Source: Octopus bimaculoides (Eukaryota). Taken from it: a stretch of DNA of 64,000 bases. The stretch is from positions 169,596,581 through 169,660,580 of the forward strand of contig NC_068982.1 in the NCBI RefSeq assembly GCF_001194135.2. Reading direction: 5' to 3'. Positions 25,393 to 36,872 of the stretch are shown one piece after another. The notes beneath the pieces were generated by a model. It did not search any database, had not been told where the DNA came from, and saw nothing but the letters and a program-made list of their open reading frames with translations. The translations under genes were made by a program, and so were the position numbers. How positions within the stretch are numbered: position 1 is the stretch's first letter; the number at the start of each line of letters is the position of its first letter.

Positions 25393-26024
25393 ACTGCAAT
25401 ACAATAATGAAAGAAATATTTACTGAACGAGTGAATACTATTTAACAAATAAAGGATTTAAAGGAAAAATAGACGTACCATCGAAAAATTACACAAATTG
25501 GGGAACAAATTTATAAATATTATTTATCGATGAGGAGAAAACCGCCTGGTCTTTATGCCAGGAGCAATAATGATAATAATTTCTTATATTGGCACAAAGT
25601 CAAACCATCAGACTGGAGAGGTGAACAACTGATGAAATCAATCCAGTCATTACAAGACTGATATTTATTTTTGTCTTATTTTATTATTACGTCCGCCTTA
25701 GCGAAGGCGGACGTATTGTTATCAGTCGTGGTTATTTGTTTGTTTGTCCGTGGACAAGATACCACAAGAACCGCTGGATGGATTCTGATAAAACTTTCAG
25801 GGTGTTTGGCCTCGTAACTGGCACGAACTGATTAGATTTTGGGATCGATCCGGTACCGGACAAGGATTCTGGATTACTTTTCAGTTTTTATTTTTACTTA
25901 ATTTTTTAGAACGGTCGGCTTCATCTTTAGTATCCTCATTTGTGAGAGCAGTCGAGTTTATTTCAGATATTCTCATTTAAAAAATCATCTCCGGCTAATC
26001 GTTGAAAGGATATTGGTGTTGCCT

Positions 26025-27634
26025 CAGGTTGTTAGTAAGTTATTCTACTGGTATTTTTCAGTGTTAAGACGTGTTGAATTTTTGTGCTGAAATTTTGTGT
26101 TGTAATTTTGTGTTAGTGTTCGTTTGAACACTTTTGTGAACTGTTTTTGTTGCTTTGTAGCAGCTTGTTTTGAAATGTACGAGGATTGCAACTCTTCGGA
26201 GCAGTCCTCCTCGGAAGACGAACTTGTAAAATGCATTAAAGAAATGCACAAGAAAATGGAAGAAAAGAAAATTTTTTCAAAAGTTGCAGAGGTACAGAAT
26301 AAGGAGGTAAATGTAACCAAGTTAAAGAGTTACAAGAAGATGTTGAATAGAAAGGGTGGCGATGTAAAGTTGTCCCCTCCTCAAGGAATCATGAAAGTTA
26401 AGAACGGAAAGACAATTATTTACAAAGTTTATTCTACAGAAGCGAAGAAAATTGAAATTATGCCAACAAATAAAATAGAAAAGGCTTTGAAACCTATCTA
26501 TCAAGATAAGACATATCTTGCCAGGTGAAGTAAATTTGGTACAGTGGAGGTTCGACTCAGAGAGGCGGCCAAGGCAAGACAGTACTCGGCAACTCCGTTA
26601 AGAACTGATAGTGTGGTACTTCTACCAACATACCTAGGAAGGCGAGCTTCTAGGGTTAGAGTAGAAGGGATTCCACCCGAAATTGATGTGGCCTGGGTGG
26701 CGGCTGCTGTTCTTCTCGGCAACGAGGATGAAATAGCAGTCCTCCAGGCCACTATGACTGAGAATATAAATTGGAGAGGACAAACGTTAGATATGATAAT
26801 TCAGGGATCACAAGAAAGCTTGGAAAACATGACAAAAACTGTAACAATTGAAGACACAGTGCTGAAAGTCAGGGTGGAGTGCAGAATACATCGATGCTTT
26901 AAATGTGGCCTAAAGGGTTACATCAGAGCGGACCGCCGTTCGCCAACCAAGAAGCCCCAGGAGGAATCAAGGGAAGAACCAGTGAGCGCAGAGGAGGATT
27001 TAACATCGGAAACAATGAAGGAAGATGGCAAGACATGGAAGACAGTAGAAAGTAAGAATACAAGGAAAAGGAAGAAGGCAAATCATAAAGATTTGAGCCC
27101 CCACCCCACACCCACCCATCCACACCTTCTCAGCCCCACCCTCTCCCCACAGACACCAAACCTACCCACTCCTCTCCGACACACACACACACACAAAAAG
27201 AAATCACTAGCACACAAGAACCCCCAAACTCCCTCCTCCCAGATAAAAAAGAAAAAATGTTCAGTGATAATGTACGATGACGCTAATGAAAAATTGTATA
27301 ATGAGGTAAGATCTTGGAATGATATCTTGGCAGTGGAAACAAACGGTTTCGATAACATCAAGGGTTGGCATTGTTTTTTATTACTTTCGGAGTAGCAGAG
27401 AAAGGGGGTATTGAAGTATACAGGTAGATATAAGAGGGAACAGGATATAAAAGGAATTAAAGGTATAAATGAAGTTGCTCGGAGGTGGGGCCGAGTGGCT
27501 TCATTACATTTTTCATTTTCATCTTGTCATTACATATTTTTCATACGTTGTCCTATTTTTCCTCCTATTTTGTGTCCCCACATGTGATGTATTGTTCCCT
27601 CTGTGTTCGCCCCTTGGTTGGTAATAAAAAGATT
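26025..27634 (+). mobile_element. ORF1-only (gag-like) L1/Tx1-type non-LTR retroelement
   Basis: Bounded by degenerate direct repeats AGGATATTGGTGTTGCCT (26007-26024) and AGGACGTTGGTCTTGACT (27635-27652), 14/18 identical. AATAAA at 27623-27628. No endonuclease or RT sequence lies between ORF1 and the 3' end. Confidence 0.75.
26175..27395 (+). pseudogene. ORF1p (nucleic-acid-binding, zinc-knuckle) reading frame of about 406 codons with one internal TGA
   Basis: Track ORFs 26124-26528 and 26544-27395 are in the same frame, separated by TGA at 26526-26528; ATG at 26175. The knuckle CFKCGLKGYIRADR (from 26895) has exact C-x2-C-x4-H-x4-C spacing with CAC>TAC and TGC>CGC single transitions, followed by a basic and Pro/His/Thr-rich linker. 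Confidence 0.8.
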
Positions 27635-28040
27635 AGGACGTTGGTCTTGACTTAACGGAGGTTTGCGCTTTCTGAGTGCTCTTGTTATTATTATGTTTTT
27701 TTTTTCTTTTTTAGTCTGTGTAGTTGAAAAGCAATGCTGACTTTGGTGTGATTTCCACTCGGAACTTAAGGAACTGAAAAACATTTTGTTCGGTGCTGTA
27801 CTAATATTGATTACAGCTTAGGTCGCTGAAGAGGCAGAAATTGTAAAATGCAGGAGTAAATGCGAACGGTATTCTAATTCTATGAAGCAACTACCTGTAA
27901 TGTACTGAGGTAGCCTGAATCAACTGAACCGTTAAACTTCCTCTGTAAATTTGAGACGTTTGTGTTTATGTTATTTGTCAATATTAATTAACATAGTAAG
28001 AAATAATTATTTGAAATATTTCAAAAGTAACCGGATACCA

Positions 28041-28126
28041 CGTCGACGACGACGACGACCACCACCACGACCACAACCACCACGACCACAACCACCACCA
28101 CCACCACTACCACCACCACCACCACC

Positions 28127-28186
<60 letters not shown>

Positions 28187-28190
28187 GGTG
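28041..28190. repeat. Compound triplet tract (GAC)n-(CAC)n-(TAC)n
   Basis: Read directly; source of the poly-P/L/V ORFs. Confidence 0.95.
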
Positions 28191-28486
28191 GTGCTGCTGG
28201 TGTTGGTGCTGCTAGTTCTGGCATTAAAATGTCGAAGAGGAACTCCTTGTGCGCCATCAACAGATTAGCAACTTTATTCGTACAAGCTGAAAATCCATTC
28301 AGTGATACAGATATTGATATCAAGATAGATTAAGGCCACATATAGATAACTCACTGTGAGAAATCCTATATCACAATATTATCAATAGCAAGTCGAGTTC
28401 TTGTATTCTTTTAGTCTTTGAAAGAATGGTTAAATAATGTTTTGTAATAGATAAAAAACACCGCCGGAAGCATCGTTGGCGTGATC

Positions 28487-28680
28487 ATTTGATCTACTAG
28501 AAACAACAGCTCAATTCCACTTCATGTCTCTCTGTTTCTTCCGCACAGTCACCCTTTTAGAAAATGATGTTTTGAATACGTCCACGTAAGAAAACAATGG
28601 GATGGTCACAGCTGGAGTGTCTTTACTTATAAATTTGTTCGTTCACGATCGACCTGGGGTTAAACAATAGTAGCAACAGG
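28487..28680 (+). repeat. Repeat family D
   Basis: CTACTAGAAACAACAGC start, GGGATGGTCACAGCTGGA middle, GACCTGGGGTTAAACAA end. Confidence 0.65.
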
Positions 28681-29042
28681 AACAACCAGAAAACTCGAAA
28701 GCTAAATGAAACATGGAATAGACACTTTACTTAGAGAGAGAGGTAAGATCACATAAGCTAATCCTACCAGTAAAATTACAGTTGTATCAGATATGATAAA
28801 CACAGGTATAGATATCATAAATATTGAAGTAAAACAACTGGAAAACATTGAAATACAAAGAGAAGAGAATATTCAACTTGAATAATACCTTAAGAAGGTA
28901 TGCTTTTGTATTTATCACCAGAATATTCGGTAAAAAACATATGAGGTATCAACGTAGAAGCACACAGATTTTCTTTTAAGGAGCACTAAACGCACTTTTG
29001 AGATCTCCTTTTGGAAAGAAGAATGTAAATATAACATAAGTA

Positions 29043-29200
29043 ATCGCAGGAAAGGTTGTGTAGTTAAGAGGATTGCTCTGCAAGCCTCGTTGTTTTGGGT
29101 TCAATCTCACTGCCGTAGCACTTATTCTGGGAACAATTATTTCCCAAGATAGCATTGGGTTGTACAATACGTTGTGGGTGAAATTTGAATGACGGAGTCT
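29043..29200 (+). mobile_element. SINE family B head (diverged)
   Basis: CGCAGG...GTGTAGTTAAGAGG.TTGCT...GGGTTCAATCTCACTGC aligns to the family B tRNA-like head. Confidence 0.55.
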
Positions 29201-29263
29201 GTATCTCTCTCTCCTCCTCTCCTCTCTTACTCTCCTCATCCCTCTTTCTTCCCCCATCTCTAT

Positions 29264-29301
<38 letters not shown>

Positions 29302-30485
29302 TTATCAGGTGGATGCAGGGTTGTTTCCATGGAAGCTCTGTTATGCCCTGGCAATCACCTATGTCACGGACAGCTTGACAAGCTTAAATACACTACNNNN
29401 NNNNNNNNNNNNNNNNNNNNNNNNNNNNNNNNNNNNNNNNNNNNNNNNNNNNNNNNNNNNNNNNNNNNNNNNNNNNNNNNNNNNNNNNNNNNNNNNNNNN
29501 NNNNNNNNNNNNNNNNNNNNNNNNNNNNNNNNNNNNNNNNNNNNNNNNNNNNNNNNNNNNNNNNNNNNNNNNNNNNNNNNNNNNNNNNNNNNNNNNNNNN
29601 NNNNNNNNNNNNNNNNNNNNNNNNNNNNNNNNNNNNNNNNNNNNNNNNNNNNNNTATATAGGGATTACGTGTAGGCTTCCTTGAAAGGTGATGTGCAGCT
29701 TGATAATTTCTCTTCCATTTACTAACATTAATATTCTTTGTCTTCTAAGAAGTTGCAAACCGTCTACTTGATTAGTGGTAATGTCAACTTTCTAGATGTG
29801 TCCAGTCTATAAATCACTCGCTAATGTTGAGATGACTTTCAAACTACAGATCATTTTATAAATCCTATATTTTATATCATCCATCAGCCTATTCCTCGCT
29901 TCTGATGTATTAAAATAGTTTTTCTTTCTTTTGTTGTATCTTGTGGTAATTGGATATTTTCATTCGCCAATTTAAACGCAACAGACACAGAACAAAGTGA
30001 ATATGAAGTATCTCAGCAAATGTCACAAGCCCAGTATTGTCAATTCCTTTTTACATAAATATCTTAATATTTCATTTTATGATGCACCAATAATTTTAAT
30101 AACCTGTATGTGATATTTGATAAAAAGTTACTTTATAATCAATTTAAAACCGTGGCATTTCCAGAATTTCCATTTTCCGACTATTAACCACATCTCTACT
30201 ATTTTGTATTTAATTCAACATTTTTATCAATCCCACATTCGACTGTGTTTCCACGTCTTATCTACAATTTTCTAAGTGGGGTTTAAACTTAGAACCTTTA
30301 TTTTTAATAGAGTTTCAACACGATATTCTGTAACGTTAAACGCCAAAATATAAAAGAAGTTAAGGCAACATAATGACGTTGTTTCTGAATGAAATTATTA
30401 AATCATGAGAGAAATGAATCCATAAATTCCATGCGTGCTTATACTTAGAACGATACACAAACGCTTCCAGAAAGACAATGGCTTA

Positions 30486-31977
30486 TTAGCTGAGTGCAAA
30501 AACATAAACGAGTGTTTTAACCACCATCAACTATTTACAATGTATTTCAGTTTATTAATCGAAATAATAACCATTAAAATCTACACATTCCCTAACAAGA
30601 AACAAGTTAATTTATTCTTGACAAAAAAAAAAAATAAAAGAAATGGATAAATCTCCTCGAATCATTTAGACTCACAGAGACGGTTTCCAGGATTCCGTGG
30701 CCTATGTACTCCCCGCCCCTTAGACAAGACGCCGGTCCATCGCAGGAATACTCATTTTTGCCAGCTGAGTGGACTGGAACAACATGAAATGAAGTTTTTT
30801 GCTCAAGAATACAACACATTGCTCACTTCAGGAATCGAAACCACAATCTTACGATTGTAGTTTCAGTTAGGTTAGATTAGGGTGCAACAGCCTAACCATT
30901 AAACTACACGATAGGATTCCCGACGTGTAAGATCGATACATTTTTAGAAGGCCTTTTGAGGAACTGCTTGGTTGTTGAACACCTTCTTTGCAGGAAGTTA
31001 TCGCGATACTTGGAAAAAGAGTGTTCGGTTAGAGAGACGTCTTGGAAAATAGTTGGGTGAGGTATAGTTTCACCGTCCAGTTCATTCATTCTGTTGGATC
31101 ATTTGCAAGACATGTGTCTAAGTATTGTTATGGAGAAGAATTGATCTTTTTCATTTCATGGATACAAACTTTGCAGTTTTTGTATATTATTGTTCTTCTG
31201 GCAATACTAAAGAAGCAGAAGTGGATAATTGCTATTGCCGGCAACCAAACAATTATCATAAACTTATTTTTATGTTGCATTGGTTTAGGAAAATGTTTTA
31301 ATCCATTTACAGCGCGGAATGCTGTCGGCGGTCGTTTGAAATCTTTTTTTGTCATAATATATCACGCCATAATGAAAAACAAATTGATCTGTCCGGCTGG
31401 GTGAAACAAACGCACAGCAGAATTCGTATTGGTGATTTTTAAAATTTTCATTCAGCTCGTGCGGCATGTCGTGCACTTCTGACTTCCCAGTGTGGAGAAA
31501 ATGAAAAGTTGCAGACGAACTAAACAATTGTTGAATGTTAACGTTTAGTTCTTTTGCAACATCTCACGTTGTTTAGCGTGGATCCGTTTCTGTAATGATT
31601 CTTAACTGGTCGTTGTTTATGGCTAAAGATTGTCTACGGCCTTCCTCATTTTCAAGACTCTTGTCTCTTCTATTAAATTGTTGGAACCAATGTTAAAATG
31701 TATGTTTACTTGGTGACAATCCTCTGGCAAAATGCATGTTCGATATTACGTGCAGTTTGCGTTTTATATGTAAAATCGCTCGGTTTTACTTTTTCTCCTA
31801 TTGTTTCCTCTGTTTGTCAGTCTCAAATAAACAAGAACAAAAGTGTCTGCAAAACCATTGACATAAAGCAATAGACGAATTCTACTCTTCAAAATGGCAC
31901 TTACATAGAAGTTCATTCCGAAATAACCATCGAAGTTTATAACAAGAAACCCTGTAGCTATGTTTGTTCCAACCTAA
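30486..31977 (-). mobile_element. Full-length defective mariner DNA transposon (cecropia/Hsmar1-like transposase)
   Basis: TA TSDs at 30484-30485 and 31978-31979. TIRs TTAGCTGAGTGCAAAAAC and GTTTGTTCCAACCTAA resemble TTAGGTTGGTGCAAAA. Minus-strand translation with stops and shifts: TARNI..AF, WFQQF...SLENEEGR, NDQLR.I.E.DP..TT.DVAKELNV, MPHELNEN, KHFPKP..H..K.MI.VW, MNELDGETIPHP, DNFLQ, C-terminal CVDFNGYYFD* (~30560-30600). Confidence 0.92.
30622..30910 (-). mobile_element. SINE family C nested in the mariner transposase 3' end
   Basis: Reverse complement: GTAGTTTAATGGTTAGG head, AAGATTGTGGTTTCGATTCC, TTGAGCAAAAACTTCATTTCATGTTGTTCCAGTCCACTCAGCTGG, T-rich tail. It splits FYTSGI from NKLVS..CVD in the transposase. 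Confidence 0.85.
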
Positions 31978-32945
31978 TAGTTTATATATATTTCTATATA
32001 TATAAATATATAGAAATAGGCTCGCTCCAGAAATTAACAACTGTAGAAAAAGAAAAACAAAAAAAACAAAAACAAAAAACAAAACAAATAAAACAAACAA
32101 AACAAAACGTAAACATTATTAGAGTATTCTCTGAAAAGCAATTTGCTAATCCTTGAATATTTGTATGTATGTTTCCCAAATAATACCACATTGTAATATA
32201 ATAAAAGAAAAGAAAATCTTGAAAGATCTCTCAAAATATAAATATATGAATAAATAAAGATGTAAAAATAATAACGTTAGTAATGATTTTCTACATTGAC
32301 AAAAGACCAAAGAGATGCAAGGGAGAAGTATAGCTGAATGAATCAACCTTGGTCCATGCTAGTACTTATTGTATCAAATACAAGGATGGTAATGATATAA
32401 TATTAGCATTAATAAAATAGGAGGAGTGGTATGAGAGGTAAAAGTTACATTAATAACTATAATGATAGTAATAACACAAATAACAATAAGAAAACCCATA
32501 TTCTTGTGCGCAGCAAAAATAGATCAAAGAAGTAACAATTTTAATTGGTTCATTTCGAAGAAATAATTATTTTTTCCCCACCAATTTCTACTCTCTAGTT
32601 TGGAATAAGATTCAGGTTTCATGTTGCACAAATTGGAAATCAAATTCTAACTAAATGTATTTTCGAAAATATCTGCATGTTTCTCTTTCTTTTTCTTTTT
32701 CTAAATTTTTATTTCGTTCCGAAAGAATAATGTTATGCGTAGCAATCATGAACATCATTATCATTGTTGTCGCTGCTTTTACACTCCCTACTCTGCCTTT
32801 ACCTCCTTTTCCTTGTCTTCCTCTTAGTCCTTGTACTCCTCATTTTAATCATATAATCACCATCATATAACCATGTAATCATATTAACCACCGTTGTCAT
32901 ATTCACTGCTCAACATAATCATCATCATTGCCTTTATCATTATTA

Positions 32946-33039
32946 TTTGTCATCATCAACATTACCAAAAGAATTGTGGAGTAGAAATGCCATCTTTGTC
33001 ATCATCAACATTACCAAAAGAATTGTGGAGTAGAAATGC

Positions 33040-33043
<4 letters not shown>
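32946..33043. repeat. Perfect 2 x 49-bp tandem duplication
   Basis: TTTGTCATCATCAACATTACCAAAAGAATTGTGGAGTAGAAATGCCATC begins at 32946 and again at 32995. Confidence 0.92.
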
Positions 33044-33071
<28 letters not shown>

Positions 33072-33640
33072 ATCCTTCCGTTTTCCACAACTTCTTCCTC
33101 GTCAGTTATGCTTCAATCATTGCCATTTTCATTATTGGCGTCATCATTATTTTCATTCTACTCTGTAACCAAACACTGTGTCAGTTTATTAATTCTATAC
33201 ACAAATATATATTTAGTCATGCTCCAGATTAATGTTGGTAGTCGAAAGAACTACAGAGATCACATGTATTTCACAACTGACGTATTGCAATTTCGACCAA
33301 ATTATTTCTGAACAACTCAGCAGTGATGTATTTATGACACAGACACAGACACACACGCACGCACACACACACACACTCTCTCTCACACATACACACGCAC
33401 AAACACACATATACATATATATGTATATGTATATATATGTGTGTATGTATGTATATATAGATATATATATGTGTGTGTATATATATATATATATACCTAC
33501 ATATATACATACATACATATATATGTGTGTATGTATATAAATACACATATATATATACACACATACACACACACACACATATATATATACATACGTACAC
33601 ACACACACACACACACATATATATGTATATATACAATATA

Positions 33641-35354
33641 AAATAGGACCAGTGTTCCAAGGGAATGATTTACTGACAGCGGACCCAGGAAGGATAAGTG
33701 AGTTACTCAGTAACCAATCTAAAACTATCTTCACCTGTACCCTTGGACACATGCACATAAATAATCCGGCTGAATATTGCAGCTCTAAAAAAGGAGTCGA
33801 CAGCCATCGATTACATCAACATTGAGGAGACAGATGTAACAGCGGCCATAGATGAAATGATCTCATGCTCCACAACTCATGCTCCACAACTGGTCCTGAT
33901 GGCTTCCCAGCTATTCTCCTGAAGTCACATAAGCAGGCTTTATCGAAACCACTTCAGATACTTATCCAAAGTATCCTTGCAAGTGGTAAATTTCCTAAAA
34001 AAAGCTGAAATTGTATTGTATGCTCTATCTACAAAGAGACCAAAAACTATAGGCAATCTCTCTGAATACACATGTCAGTGAAGTCATGGAGCGAATCATC
34101 AGAAAGAAGATAACGTTCATAGAATAAAATGACTTACTGAAGAGTACACAGCATGGCTTCTGTTCAGTAAGAGGCTGCCTCACACAACGTCTACAGCACT
34201 ATGACTGGGTTTTGAAACAGTTGCTTAGTCATTCAGATGTCAGTGTGATATACCTTAACTTTGCAAATGATAAGGAAGATCGTGGCATGGTATGTCATAA
34301 GCTACGAGACCTTGGCATTACTAGTAAACTGGCAGAGTGGCTACATGACTTCCTTAAAGACAGAAGTCAGGTAGTTGCATCCAATAGTGCATTTTCTAAG
34401 GAAACTCAAATCCTAAGTGGCGTCCTCCAGTGAACTGTTCTGGGTACATTACTGTTCATAATGGCCCTCTTAATCATGCCCACAGTCACGTCACTTGGAC
34501 TATTACTGCACTATCAACTCACAAATGCACTACAACCTGCATATACAGAAGCCGAAGGCACTACAATCCCAGAGTCACCGGCAAAGACTTGGGGGCCAGC
34601 ATGTGCAATGACAAATCCTTTTATATGCACATTACCAAGATGGCAACAAACTGGCAGGATGGATACTGAGGTCCTTCAAAACATGTTGACCCTGTGGAGG
34701 ACCTTTGTTCTCCGCCTGGACAACTGCTTCCAGTTATGGTCACCGCATAGAGCCAAACTAACAGAGGAGCTTGACGCAGTCCAACGCTACTACACTAAAC
34801 AGATTGAAACAGTGCAACAGATGAGCTATAGGGATAGGCTGAGAAAACTAGAACTTTACTCCCTGGAGAGAAAGCGTAAGAGATATGCAATAATCTACAT
34901 ATGGAAAATTCTAGAAGGGCTAGTACATAATTTCGGAATTGAATATTATACAATTGCCAGAACTGGCCGCCATTGTATTGTACCAAAGGTACCATCCACT
35001 CCATCTAAATTCAGGACCAGGTACTGCAATAGCCTAGGGTTCAAAGGTTCACAGCTCTTCAATGCTCTACCACAAAAATTAAGAAATCTGCATAAGGTGA
35101 AAATATTAAGAGATGTCTTCAAAAAGGAACTAGACATCCTCCTCTCTACAATATAGGATGAACCAACGGCCCGACATAAGGTGCAGACGTGGGCAGCGGA
35201 ATCAAACTCCCTTACACACCAAATAGGTCAACAGCTGGGACTAATGTCCATACAAGAGTGGTAATGAGAAACACCCCAGACAGACGAAATCAGAAAGACC
35301 ACGGTTGTGCTCCAGCATGACCGCAGTAGCATGGCTGAAACGAATAAAAGAATA
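33641..35354 (+). mobile_element. 5'-truncated CR1-group LINE (RT and C-terminal region, 3' UTR intact)
   Basis: GPDGFPAILLK, KNYR.ISL, QHGF, VIYLNFA, WLHDFLKDRSQ.V, SGVLQ*TVLG.LLFI, LELYSLERKRKRY, RTGRHC, LFNALP, FKKELD. The YADD region is deleted; 14-bp internal duplication at about 33862-33889; tail GTGCTCCAGCATGACCGCAG..GCTGAAACGAATAAAAGAATA. Confidence 0.92.
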
Positions 35355-35529
35355 TACATACATACATACATACATACCGAGTATAACTAGCCGAAATAAT
35401 ATCAACCCGAGTACTTGATTGGTACTTTACTTGATTGGTACTTTACTTTATCGAACTCTGTATGACCATGGCGTGATTTTAACTGAGAACATAAAGGGCA
35501 GAAACAATCTATCGTAAAACCTTGTCTGT

Positions 35530-35740
35530 AATAATCCTTTCTACTAAAGGCACAAGGCCTGAATTTTTGGGGGAAGGGGCTAGTCAAATAGACAGGCCCC
35601 AGTGCGTAACTGGTACTTATTTTACCGACCCCGAAAGGATGAAAGGCAAAGTCAACCTCAGCGGAATTTGAACTCAGAACGTAAGGACAGGCGAAATACC
35701 AGTAAGCATTTTTCCCGGCACACTAACGATTCTACCAGTT
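35530..35740 (-). mobile_element. SINE family A
   Basis: GACCCCGAAAGGATGAAAGGCAAAGTCAACCTCAGCGGAATTTGAACTCAGAACG. Confidence 0.9.
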
Positions 35741-35761
35741 AATTTACTATAGTCGACCTAG

Positions 35762-35998
35762 TAATATTGCTAACATTGACTCTATGCCATAGATTTTAAG
35801 AGAGACGGGAGGGTTAAAGTTAATTATATCGACTGAGGTTTCTGATCGACACTTTACTTTAATCGACCCCCTCTGGCGGAAGGATAAAAGATCGGAATCA
35901 TCTGGGTGGAATTTAAACTCAGAATCTAAAGAGACATAACTGAACATCGCAAGGTATTTTCTCCAACATATACTGATACTACCAACCCACTGGCTTTT
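35762..35998 (-). mobile_element. SINE family A (diverged)
   Basis: TTTAATCGACCCC...AGGATAAAAG, GGAATTTAAACTCAGAA. Confidence 0.65.
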
Positions 35999-36011
35999 AA
36001 TATACATCATT

Positions 36012-36150
36012 AACATTGGTTTCAAATTTTGGCCGAAGGCCAGCCATTTCGGGACCTTAGGCAACCAGTGCTCAACTGGTACTTATTTTATGGACCCCCG
36101 AGGATAAAAGGAAAAGTCGACTTCAGCGGAATTTGAACTCAGAACGTAAA
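36012..36150 (-). mobile_element. SINE family A (partial)
   Basis: AACATTGGTTTCAAATTTTGG tail, CAGTGCTCAACTGGTACTTATTTTA, GTCGACTTCAGCGGAATTTGAACTCAGAACG. Confidence 0.8.
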
Positions 36151-36524
36151 GCCCGCCGTCTTGATATATATCATTAATATAATTGCCAAAAAAAAAAAAA
36201 GTTTAATATAAAGTAAGTTTATAAAATATAACAATTTAAATTATTTCACTATCTATACAGACGAAATATGGCTAACGAGAAATTAATGAACCCTGGACAT
36301 GATAGCGTTCCACCCGCCACACACACACACACACACACATACACACACGCTATTAAAATTACAAGAATGAGAGTGAAGTAAAATATCAAGAGAAAAGACG
36401 AAACGAAAGAACATATTTACTTCATGCATTCATGTACGAACACACTGAAACATTTTTCATTTAAGCTGCCATTTCTACTGCTAATCTTTAATGCGCATCT
36501 ACTATATTATGAAACACTTAAGTA

Positions 36525-36685
36525 TGGAATGAAATCGAAGACATAATCCATTATGTACACAACATTCAAATATATTGTTTAGAAGACCATTGACTGATAA
36601 ACTATGAAACGAAATCGAAGACATAATTTATTGTAGATACATTTATATTATTATATTATTCGTAAGAGAAGAGACTGATAAATAA
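36525..36685. repeat. Degenerate 2 x ~80-bp tandem duplication
   Basis: GAAATCGAAGACATAAT at 36531 and 36611; GACTGATAAA at 36592 and 36673. Confidence 0.7.
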
Positions 36686-36872
36686 ATATTTTAAATTAGA
36701 TCTGATAATCCCCTGCTCATTGGAACAACGAATGTATTTCGTTCACTGAGACTGTGGATTCAAGTTCAGCTAAATTCTTTTTCTCTGATGTATAAATAAG
36801 GATGTAGTCCAGTACACAAAGATTTGTTTGAGTTTTACCAGCGTGGTCGTAACGTAGCAAAATAATATTGAC

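Larger units (their letters stand above)
25681..27686 (+). mobile_element. Helentron-type non-autonomous element (HINE/DINE-1-like), interrupted near its 3' end
   Basis: 5' TTATTACGTCCGCC with a perfect 12-bp hairpin (25688-25699 / 25704-25715); (GTTT)n at about 25732-25749; 3' subterminal ACGGAGGT (27655-27662), hairpin GCGCTT-TCT-GAGTGC (27665-27679) and CTTGTT end. About 380 bp once the insertion is removed. Confidence 0.75.

Noticed and set aside
27819-27872. CTGAAGAG...GCGAACG as a second hammerhead
   Set aside because: No GAAA core, stem II does not close, and there is no stem I.
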